A stretch of DNA of 62,197 nucleotides, filler included, from a bacterium (GTDB lineage: Bacteria; UBA9089; CG2-30-40-21; SBAY01): assembly GCA_040757115.1 (NCBI GenBank). It is 7 parts of 7 records of this genome, joined end to end, with 100 filler letters (N's around TTAATTAATTAA, not from the genome) between each part and the next. Parts side by side here need not be neighbours in the genome. Positions count along the whole stretch, not along the records: positions 44,777 to 53,442 come from JBFLYA010000157.1; positions 53,543 to 62,197 come from JBFLYA010000158.1; 5 more parts are not named here. One strand, 5' to 3'. Under the pieces are notes generated by a model. That model saw nothing but the letters and a program-made list of their open reading frames with translations. It searched no databases and had not been told where the DNA came from. Below, one piece after another: positions 53,292 to 62,197 of this stretch. Numbering within the stretch: the first letter of the stretch is position 1; each line of letters starts with the position of its first letter. Both the position numbers and the translations under genes were made by a program.

Positions 53292-53955
53292 ATTAAGAAA
53301 TATGCCTGTAAAATCGGTAACCGTTCAGGCTATATATCAAAAGTGTAAGAAAGGGGATAAGGAGATAAGAGTGATATGGAGATAAGATAATAGAATATAG
53401 ATTGAAATTTATAGAAATAGGTAGAAATTGATTGTGGAAAACNNNNNNNNNNNNNNNNNNNNNNNNNNNNNNNNNNNNNNNNNNNNTTAATTAATTAANN
53501 NNNNNNNNNNNNNNNNNNNNNNNNNNNNNNNNNNNNNNNNNNTTTCCACAATCAATTTCTACCTATTTCTATAAATTTCAATCTATTTCTATTATCTTAT
53601 CTCCATATCACTCTTATCTCCTTATCCCCTTTCTTACACTTTTGATATATAGCCTGAACGGTTACAAATGAATTTGGTTTTGGACCACGTGGATATCTTT
53701 TTTGCATAATTCTTTCCTCCTTAAAATTTCTATGCCCACGTGGAATTATCGTCATTTTATCAGCAAAACTTTAGAAAAAACTGTGAAAAAATTTACTTAA
53801 CACAGTACTAGGATATATCACCAATTTTATACTCTATCCTCGCCCCGTTTAGAAATGAATTTCTAACGGGGCTCGTATTGAGGAGGTATAACTGAAGAGC
53901 CGAATGGGAAGAATCCACAAGTTCGGTTCTGTGAGGGGCATTAAGCACTGAGGAG

Positions 53956-56299
53956 GTGTTGAAGATGTCTACTCGACTGAAAACAAAGTTTGGAGCGGCG
54001 ACATTGGTGCTTGCGCTATCGCTTTTTGCCGGGGCTGTCGGTTCTTTCGGGGCTGACCCAGCTAAGGGACCGCTGCCTATCGTCTTCTGGACCTCCGATC
54101 CTGTTTGGCCCGGGGATCTGGTGCTCGGATATGGCGCGGGGCTGTCCGGTGCGGAGAACATCCGTGTTGTGCGACTAGCTGATGGTCCCCGCGGAGGGCC
54201 CGGCCGAGAGGGCTTCGTGCCGCGTGGCAGTGTGCGCTCCGTGGGCCCGCTCCAGTCCAGCGATCATTCGGTCAAGTTTGTTCTTCCAGAGAATCTGAAG
54301 CCGGGCGTCTTTGGCGTTCAACTAGAGACGCCAAAAGGTCGCACTGCGGTGGTGTGGTTAAACCGTCCAGATGTGTGGTGGTGTCAGGGGGACAGAGGTC
54401 AAGCGGCCAGTCCTGGAGGGTGGGTGCGAGTTTTTGGAAGGTGTCTGGGATGGAGCGGTCGTGCGATCACAACAGTGTTCCTCAGAGGGGCGAGGGGCGT
54501 GGCTATTTCTGCAAAGGCCGATTGTTACTCAGCCAGAGCAGAACTCCCGAAGCACTTACCTGCGGGAGACTACGAGGTCTTTGTCCATAACGGCTTTGGT
54601 GGCAAATGGGGCTGGAGTCGGCCTTTGAAGATTTCGGTTGTGAGGCCTGAGGCTTGGTCTAACACGATCTTCAACGTGCGCAAGCTCGGCGCGAAGGGTG
54701 ACGGCGAGTCCGATGATACCGCAGTAGTCGGCGAAGCACTCAGAAAGGCAAAGGAGGAGGGTGGGGGGAGTCGTCTACTTTCCCCGTGGCGACTACAAGT
54801 TTCGTGCCGCACTCGAAGTGCCGCCTAAGACCGTACTCCGGGGGGAGCGACAAGATCTGGTGCACCTCTTCTGGACCGGTGCCCTGGACAATCGCTTGGA
54901 GGCAGTCATTCTTGGAACGAACCAATTTGGCATGGAGGACCTCACGCTCACGTTCGTTGCGGCGAACAACGGCATTCTGGCAGACATCCCCCGCCAGGGC
55001 GCAGTAGCCATACCCCAAGTGAAGCAGACAGGTGAGCATGCCGGCAACATATTTTTGCGGCGCGTCAGGATGCGGTGGCTCCTCTACGGGGGGCACCTGA
55101 GCATCGCTCAAGCAAATCAACTTTTCACTGAAACAGCGAGGGATGGCGGCTACGGGGCTGTGGGCTTCCTCTTTGCGTTCGGGGGCAGGAACATACAAGT
55201 CAGTGATTGCGATTTCTACAGTTCGGGTAATGTCTTTAATCTCGTCGAAGCCAAGGGTGCACAGATTACTCGAAACCGCTTCTCCATTGGGCGGTGCGGA
55301 TGGGCGAACTTTGATGGCTGCGATGGTGTCATCTGTGAGGACAACTCGTTCATCGGCGCTGACAATATGGTTCGCTCCGGTGTAACCTTTTGGTCCTACC
55401 AACTGCCGATGCGCAATGCCTATTTTGCTCGAAACTTCCTCAATAACGTTTACTATCATGACCGAGAGGGCATGACGACTGATGGGGCGAGCGGCAAATA
55501 CTTTGGGCCGGTTGTGGCCTCGGGCATTAGTTCAGTAACTCTTCCGGAAGGTGTGAGCTTCAAGCCGAATGAGATAGTGGGTCATACATGCTTTGTCCTC
55601 GACGGTGCAGGGAAAGGTCAATGGCGAGGTGTGATAGCCAACGACGAGCGAACGCTCACGCTTGACCGACAGTGGGACGTGATTCCGGCAAGCGACTCTA
55701 TCATTGGCGTAAACCACACCGTAGCACATCTGCTAATCCTCGGTAACACCATGGAGGATGTCGGAATCGCTTTCCAGTTTTACGGCACGGCTATGGATTC
55801 TATCGTTGCACAGAACCGGTGCGTACGGGCGGGCGGGTTCTTCAGTCATGCTGCACGCTATCCGGGTGGCTCCAAAGATGAGAAAGACACCCAGCCTCAA
55901 TTCTTCGTTCAGTACCTCGACAATGAGGTGGTTGAAGGCTACACCCCATTCGAGATTCGAGGCTACGACTACGGGCAAGGTCACTCGGTGATCGGCGTTC
56001 AAGGTTTCTCCTGGGGAGGCGGAAAACTGGAATGGAAATGGCCATTGGCCCTGGGGTTTGTGATTCGGGGGAATAAGCTCGACTCCAATGCTAAGATCCG
56101 TGTCCATGGGGTAGCCGACGGCGATGGTCCTCCCTTGGTCGAGGACGTAGTGGTGGAGAGGAACACATTGTCTTGTTCCCGCGTCGGCATCGACGTCGGC
56201 CCACGCTGCGTTGGTATCGTCATTCGGAGGAACAGCTTTCACGAAGTAGACCTGCCGTTTGCCGGCGCCGGCCTGCCAGGGGCCCTGGTTGAGAAGTGA
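53956..56299 (+). pseudogene. GC-rich pectate_lyase_3/GH55-like beta-helix protein, frameshifted at G6 (54763-54768)
   Basis: FNVRKLGAKGDGESDDT in ORF1 continues as GGVVYFPRGDY in ORF2. Confidence 0.8.
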
Positions 56300-56357
56300 G
56301 TACGGCGCGTTAGTCGTTGCGGACGACGAGAGAGCCATGCTCTGCGACGGCGCGATC

Positions 56358-56755
56358 ATCAGAAGAGCAGATAAGATACGCACAAATATTAGATATTGGA
56401 ATGTACCTGGGACTTACCCTTATTGTGGTGACCTTTATAGTGTATATGTCAGGGATGCTATCGTCATTTATTCCTCCTCAGGAAATACCGAAATACTGGG
56501 GGTATGGCATCAAAAGATTTTATACATAACTTTCAGGCTCCTATAGGATGGGAATGGTTAGCAATGGTAGGTAAAGGAGATTATCTGACTTTTGTAGGTA
56601 TAGCCCTCCTTGCCGGGCTTACAGTCTTATGTTATCTGGTGATATTACCTATTCTCATGAGAAAAAAGGATACTCCCTATGTGGTAATAGCAATTCTTGA
56701 GGTTGCTGTTTTAGTCTTAGCCGCAAGTGGAATCTTAAAATCAGGAGGGCACTAA
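56358..56755 (+). pseudogene. DUF1634-like membrane protein, 5'-truncated and frameshifted at G5 (56498-56502)
   Basis: SEEQIRYAQIL..PKYWG | GWEWL..GDYLTFVGIALL..LAASGILKSGGH. Confidence 0.75.
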
Positions 56756-56778
56756 TAGGCAAATTTCGGGGACACAAT

Positions 56779-58768
56779 CAATACTGTTCGGCATGATTTT
56801 TGCTTAAACTATTTTATTAAAGTGTCGTAACTCATTGATATTAAAGGAGAAAAAATTCTAGACATTTTTATCCTTTTATGTTATAATTGAATCATGGTTA
56901 ATGATTCAGTTATGAAGGACAAAAAACTTAAAAAGAAGCATGCGATCAGGGAGGAAGACCTTCAGGGATTCAAGCCCCTTTATAAGTTTATCCCTTTTCT
57001 CGAACGCTTTCATTTGGTTAAAGACCATCATAATCGAGAGCTTCATTTAGACCAATATCTCAGCCTTATTTTATTATACTTCTTTAACCCTATTATAGAT
57101 AGTCTTCGTGGAATTCAACAGGTTTCTCACCTTGATAAGGTTAAGAAGTTGCTTGGTGTTGAAAAAGGTGTAAGTCTTGGCTCTCTTTCTGAAGCAAGTT
57201 CTGTTTTTGATGCTGAGCTGATTGCCCCTTTAATTAAAGAATTAACAAGCAAAGCTATCCCCTTAGAGAAAGACCCTCAACTTAGAGCGTTGCAACAGAC
57301 TCTTGTAGCTGTAGATGGGACACTCCTGGCTGCTTTGCCTAAGATGCTCTGGGCATTATGGCTTGACGACAATCATCGGGCAGGTAAACTTCACCTTGAA
57401 TTTAATATCGTTAAAAATATCCCTCTTAATGCCAAAATTACTCATGCCAATGCTAATGAAAAAACTGTCCTGCGAGAGTTCCTTTCTCCGGATAAAATCT
57501 ATACTCTGGATGTTGGATATAGCGAATATAAACTCTTTCAGGAGATTATAGATGCCCAGAGTTCTTTTGTTGCCAGGTTGAAAGATAACGCTGTTTATGA
57601 TATTGCTGAACAAAGACTTTTAACTGATGCTGACAAAGAAGCAGGGGTTAAAAAAGATATAGTCGTTCGATTAGGCTGCAAAAGCAAACAAGATACCATT
57701 ACCTCTCCTGTTCGAGTTATTGAGGTCTTTCATGAGGGTAATAGTTCAAGACCAAGAACATCAAGGGTCTCAAGCAAAAAGACCTTCAGAACGACTGAGT
57801 CTGACTATACCTTTGTTATTGTCACTAACCGCATGGACTTATCTGCTGAAATAATAGCTCTTATCTATCGCTATAGATGGCAGATAGAGCTTTTCTTCCG
57901 CTGGTTTAAGTGTATCCTCGGCTGCACCCATCTCATCTCCCTTTCCCAGAATGGTGTCTCTATTCAGGTCTACTGTGCTCTTATCGCCAGTATGTTAATT
58001 ACCCTCTGGACTGGCTGCAAGCCTAATAAACGCACCTTCGAAATGTTATGCTTCTATTTTTTGGGCTGGGCTAATGAGGAAGAACTAAGCCAGCATATCA
58101 AAAAACTTAAAGAACCTAAAAAGAAGAAACCTAAACTAACCGCCTTTACTGGTTCATGGTCGGTTTTTAACCCTCTACTGGCAAACCAGGACTAATACGC
58201 TGTCAATAATTCGCACAACCCGCTTCGTGGATACCACAAGCTTGCGGCTGATACATCACTCAAGTAAGACAGGTTTGCGAAGGATAGAAAGTCTGTTGGA
58301 TGCTCTAACCCTATGCTAACCCAACAAAATGGTGCATAAAATGTACCCCACTTCTTGCTATCCTGTTATAGCTATCCACAACCTTTAACTTGCATTTTCT
58401 TCCTCTTTGCTTAAGTCAATACTGGTCTGTGACATTTGTTTTTGCCAGATTGGTAGGCGAACGACCCATGCTTGGCATAGGTGCACCGAGCCTGCAACCA
58501 TTTCGCAACCTAAAGGTTGCGGCTACCACCAAAAACAGTTGCAGGAAACAAGATAGCAAAAACTTATGTCATAGACCAATACGCAGTTGTCAAATATTGT
58601 CTTCCTTCCCTTCATCATACCCTCTCTTTGGTTAAAAGGACCACCATCATCCGTTTCCTTGACTATCTCTTGATAGGTCGTTGTAGCAAATTTAAACCAT
58701 TCTTCTATCCCTACCCTCAGATACCCCTTCCTTTATCCCTATAGCAAAAATCATGCCGAACAGTATTG
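56779..58768 (+). mobile_element. IS4-family insertion sequence
   Basis: 26-bp perfect TIR CAATACTGTTCGGCATGATTTTTGCT; no TSD. Confidence 0.9.
56894..58195 (+). CDS. IS4-family DDE transposase
   Basis: AVDGT, KLH, DVGY, YRYRWQIELFFRWFK (YREK). Confidence 0.93.
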   Translation: MVNDSVMKDKKLKKKHAIREEDLQGFKPLYKFIPFLERFHLVKDHHNRELHLDQYLSLILLYFFNPIIDSLRGIQQVSHLDKVKKLLGVEKGVSLGSLSEASSVFDAELIAPLIKELTSKAIPLEKDPQLRALQQTLVAVDGTLLAALPKMLWALWLDDNHRAGKLHLEFNIVKNIPLNAKITHANANEKTVLREFLSPDKIYTLDVGYSEYKLFQEIIDAQSSFVARLKDNAVYDIAEQRLLTDADKEAGVKKDIVVRLGCKSKQDTITSPVRVIEVFHEGNSSRPRTSRVSSKKTFRTTESDYTFVIVTNRMDLSAEIIALIYRYRWQIELFFRWFKCILGCTHLISLSQNGVSIQVYCALIASMLITLWTGCKPNKRTFEMLCFYFLGWANEEELSQHIKKLKEPKKKKPKLTAFTGSWSVFNPLLANQD

Positions 58769-58790
58769 CCAACGTCCCCTATTTTCCCTT

Positions 58791-60008
58791 TTATTCATAC
58801 CTCAATGCCTCAATTGGTTTCAAGCCTGCGGCTCCTTTTGCCGGGTATAACCCAAAAAAGACCCCAATAGAAACAGAAAAGATAAATGCCAGAAGTATGG
58901 AACCGAATGTGATAATTGTTGTCCAGCCAGCTATCATCGAGATTATTTTCGCAACCATAATACCCAATATTATTCCCACCAACCCGCCAGTCAAGCTTAA
59001 AATCATCGCCTCAATTAAGAATTGAATTAGAATATCAGTTGGAGTCGCTCCCAGTGCCTTTCTTATCCCTATTTCTCTTGTCCGCTCTATGACAGAGACT
59101 AACATAATGTTCATAATGCCTATTCCACCAACTAACAGCGATACAGCCGCAATACTGGTTAAAAGCATCGTAAATGTCCCCAAAACACTTTGCATGGTTT
59201 GGAGCATATCTTTCTGACTTCTAACCGTGAAATCATCATCATCTTTTTCTTTTAAATTATGCCGCTGCCTTAAGATATAGGTGATATTATCGCAAACATC
59301 GTCCATATTTCTTTCATCTTTAACCTCAATATAGATTACCGAGATATTATCCTGTCCCAAAATCCGTCTTTGCATAGTTGATAGAGGAATATAGATGACA
59401 TCATCCGGGTTTCCCATTACCTGGGAACCCTTTTCTTTCAATACCCCAATTACTTCAAAACTATGTTGTTTTATCTTTATCTTCTTACTTAGAGGCTCAT
59501 ATTCACCAAAAAGATTATTTACTACCTCTTTCCCCAATATACATACTTTTTTCTTCCCTTTTAATTCCGTTTGGGTAAAATTTCTCCCCTGGCTTATTTG
59601 GTAATTTCTAACTTTTAAAAATGATGGTAGCGCACCGGTTAATTGGGTTTCCGTAGTCATATTTTCAAAACTAACCTTTACTCTACTTCTCAACTCGGGT
59701 GAAACCTCTTTTATTAAGCTAATTTTTTCTTTAAAGATATTTGCATCCGCTAAGGTCAAGTTTTTAACCGTAGTGCCTCCAGCAGGAAAAGAATGTCCTC
59801 TTCCAAACTGACCAGGGTTAACCATCAATAGATTTGTCCCAAGGCTTCTAATACTTTCCCTTATCTGGCTTTTTGCCCCTTTCCCTACGGCAATCATTGT
59901 GATTACCGCACAGACACCAATTATTACTCCGAGGATTGTAAGTGTAGAACGGAGTTTATGTGCTCTAAGAGAAGTTTCTGCAATTGCTATTCCTTCAAAT
60001 ATATCCAT
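58791..60008 (-). CDS. MacB-like ABC permease
   Basis: RSTLTILGVIIG, GGIGIMNIMLVSV.ERTREIGIRKALGA, PIEALRYE. Confidence 0.93.
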   Translation of the reverse strand: MDIFEGIAIAETSLRAHKLRSTLTILGVIIGVCAVITMIAVGKGAKSQIRESIRSLGTNLLMVNPGQFGRGHSFPAGGTTVKNLTLADANIFKEKISLIKEVSPELRSRVKVSFENMTTETQLTGALPSFLKVRNYQISQGRNFTQTELKGKKKVCILGKEVVNNLFGEYEPLSKKIKIKQHSFEVIGVLKEKGSQVMGNPDDVIYIPLSTMQRRILGQDNISVIYIEVKDERNMDDVCDNITYILRQRHNLKEKDDDDFTVRSQKDMLQTMQSVLGTFTMLLTSIAAVSLLVGGIGIMNIMLVSVIERTREIGIRKALGATPTDILIQFLIEAMILSLTGGLVGIILGIMVAKIISMIAGWTTIITFGSILLAFIFSVSIGVFFGLYPAKGAAGLKPIEALRYE

Positions 60009-60669
60009 CTCTTATAATCTCTCCATCCTTCAATTCAATAATTCTTTTGCCAAACCTGGCTACATTGACATCGTGTGTGACCATAATGATGGTATTACCT
60101 TGACTATTTAACCTGGTTAAAAGTTCCATTATTTCCCTGCCTGATTTTGAATCAAGGTTTCCCGTGGGCTCATCGGCTAATAAAATCTTTGGACGATTAA
60201 CTAATGCCCTGGCAATGGCAATTCTCTGTTGTTGACCGCCGGATAATTGAGATGGTTTATGGTTCATCCTATCAATGAGACCAACGGATTTAAGTGCCTC
60301 TTTTGCCCTTTCCAATCTTTCTTTCTTTTTTATCCCGGCATAAATCATAGGCACTTCTACATTCTTTAAAGCTGTAGTTCTCGCCAACAGGTTATAACTC
60401 TGAAATATAAAGCCAAAGGATTTATTCCTCATCTTCGCCAGCTCTGTTTCATTTAAGTTACCCACCTCTTGTCCTAAAAATTTATAAGAACCATTAGTTG
60501 GGACATCCAGACAACTGATGATATTAAGTAAAGTAGATTTACCACTTCCGGATGCTCCCATAATGCTGGTGAATTCGGCTGGTTCAAGATTAAGGGAGAT
60601 ATTATTAAGGGCAGTAATTTCTACCCCATCAAGTTTGTAAATCTTAAAGATATTTTTCAGGATAATCAT
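59995..60669 (-). CDS. MacB/LolD-type ABC ATPase
   Basis: GASGSGKS, LSGGQQQR, LADEPTGNLD. Confidence 0.95.
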   Translation of the reverse strand: MIILKNIFKIYKLDGVEITALNNISLNLEPAEFTSIMGASGSGKSTLLNIISCLDVPTNGSYKFLGQEVGNLNETELAKMRNKSFGFIFQSYNLLARTTALKNVEVPMIYAGIKKKERLERAKEALKSVGLIDRMNHKPSQLSGGQQQRIAIARALVNRPKILLADEPTGNLDSKSGREIMELLTRLNSQGNTIIMVTHDVNVARFGKRIIELKDGEIIRDGYI

Positions 60670-60923
60670 CTTCCCATCCTTCTCATTTGTCTATCTCTAT
60701 TGCCTCGTGGCGGCATAAAAAGCCCTTTTGGCACCTCTTTTGCCTGTTTAATCAGGGAAAAATTACCAATGATTATTTGTCCTTCTTTTAATCCTTGAGT
60801 TATTTCATATCTATCCTCTGTTTTTAATCCAACTTCAACCCTTTGAGGACGGGTTTGATGTTTAAGAAGGACAATGTAATCTCCTTTTTTATCCCTTTTT
60901 ACCGCGGTTGAAGAGATAGAGAG
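60666..60923 (-). pseudogene. C-terminal remnant of a MacA-like periplasmic adaptor
   Basis: LSISSTAVKR..VEVGLKT..EITQGLKEGQ..MGR*; TGA overlaps the ATPase ATG. Confidence 0.75.
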
Positions 60924-60940
60924 GCAAGATGAAACTTCTT

Positions 60941-61309
60941 TTAAGTCAGGGATAATGAAAGGTCAGATTGGTAAGAAGGGCTTGACTCCTTTTGCCTTTG
61001 GGACTTAAGTTCTATATTATAATTTGTTCCCCAATAGAGTTTTTGTGATATTCCAATGGATAAATCCTCTGTGGTAGGAGAGTCAGCACCCGCAAGGTTT
61101 GATTTCAAAACCAGATTTTTATCAAAGGATGCCCTTTCAATATTGATTGTTTTCTGGGCGATTTTGGGATTAAATCCTTGCACCTTTATATCCAGATTGT
61201 TTTTCAGGGCAAGGTTTATACAATCATTTAAAGTTAATGTAGTTTGCCCATAGACACTTGAAAAAACAAGTAAAAGAATAGCGATTATTGCCACTCTTGT
61301 ATATCTCAA
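60941..61309 (-). pseudogene. TolC-family protein, N-terminal fragment
   Basis: Signal peptide; LTLNDCINLALKNNLDI; stops after about 120 aa. Confidence 0.75.
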
Positions 61310-61394
61310 AATCTTTTTCCTCCAGATAAATAAGGTAATCGGGTAATCGGTGACCAGTATTACCAATCACCGATTACCGATTACCGCTAACTGA

Positions 61395-61874
61395 TTACCG
61401 ACTCATTGGGCAGTGTGATTCAAAGGGCGGCATCATGGAAAGTTTCTCCAGCTGTTCTTTGGTCAAGATTTTCTTGATTTCCAGAATAAGCTGGATGCGA
61501 CTCTTCTCTATTTTACTTCTTAAATCAGCAAGTTTGTCAAGATTATCTTGCAATTTTTTCTCGTCACTCTCAGTTGCCATTAATAGCTCATGAATCTCGA
61601 TTTTTGTCACTTCCACAGAAGATTTAAGAGGAATTATCTCCTTTTTGTTGGCAACGGTTAATTCTCGGATTTTACTTCGTTGCTCCTGATTGAGGTCAAG
61701 ATGTGTCTTTAGTAGCCTGACCATATCTTGTGGATGGTCAACATTGCTCTCTCTACACTTCTGATGGTGATATTTTGACTCCTCCGGATGTTCCTTAATA
61801 GACTCAGTATTTCCGAGAGAAGACATACTCACCACCAATATCAACGCTAAGCCAATAGATATTACTTTGTTCAT
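61395..61874 (-). CDS. Spy/CpxP-family periplasmic protein
   Basis: LDLNQEQ, ILTKEQ motifs; GAGGAGG SD. Confidence 0.8.
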   Translation of the reverse strand: MNKVISIGLALILVVSMSSLGNTESIKEHPEESKYHHQKCRESNVDHPQDMVRLLKTHLDLNQEQRSKIRELTVANKKEIIPLKSSVEVTKIEIHELLMATESDEKKLQDNLDKLADLRSKIEKSRIQLILEIKKILTKEQLEKLSMMPPFESHCPMSR

Positions 61875-62030
61875 TTATTTTTACCTCCTCTAAGTTGATG
61901 CAGGCAGGGTTCTGCAAAAATAGGAAACTGTAGTTTTTAAGCGGGTATTTAAAACCTCTATTTTTATCAATTTCCTCCAAAGAGCAAAATGCAAAAAGCA
62001 AATATAAAAATTACATATCAAAATGTAAAA

Positions 62031-62144
62031 TTATCTCTTTCCTTTCAGCGTTAAAATACTTGAAGCAAAAATATTACCAAATTCCTCCAACTCTTTGAGA
62101 AACCCTGCTACTTCCTCTTTGAAATTTGATTTGTAAATTTGCAT
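62031..62144 (-). pseudogene. internally deleted four-helix-bundle gene inside an AGGGTTCTGCAAAA-ended element
   Basis: MQIYKSNFKE//..NIFASSILTLKGKR*; shorter relative at ~26634-26703; a matching right end TTTTGCAGAACCCT occurs on another contig at ~27157-27170. Confidence 0.6.
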
Positions 62145-62197
62145 TTTGATATTTATATTTGATATTTGATATTTGATATTTAATATTTATTTGTTGT

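Noticed and set aside
54740-56383. Long antisense ORFs in the GC-rich segment
   Set aside because: Expected shadows in high-GC coding DNA

Overview
AT-rich bacterial draft genome or MAG. The window is seven contigs of 8.6-9.0 kb in decreasing length order, joined by artificial 100-nt N-linkers containing TTAATTAATTAA, so adjacency across linkers means nothing. Coding content: GspK and a minor-pilin operon; TolB/PD40 propellers; very large secreted modular proteins (amidase-propeller-Ig repeats, triple beta-helix, cohesin-dockerin), some sharing a C-terminal FlgD-Ig/T9SS-A-like tail; sufC-sufB-larE; yqeK-rsfS-tRNA-Ala-cutA-dtd-MBL-xerD; an Rnl2-type RNA ligase; a DUF488/DUF488/dual-OB operon; Rpn; VapBC; a broken MacAB-TolC operon; and an IS4. 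Main signals: (1) many miniature elements with IS66-like GTAA.. ends and 8-bp target duplications that carry nearly intact or internally deleted GxxExxY genes between hairpin arms, with four-helix-bundle remnants in other end families; (2) a non-canonical, co-oriented integron-like locus plus a solitary attC-bounded toxin-antitoxin cassette; (3) beta-helix repeats with a fixed DNA scaffold and hypervariable NNC codons; (4) an in-frame TAG inside an amidase domain. All family assignments come from motif recognition, not database searches.
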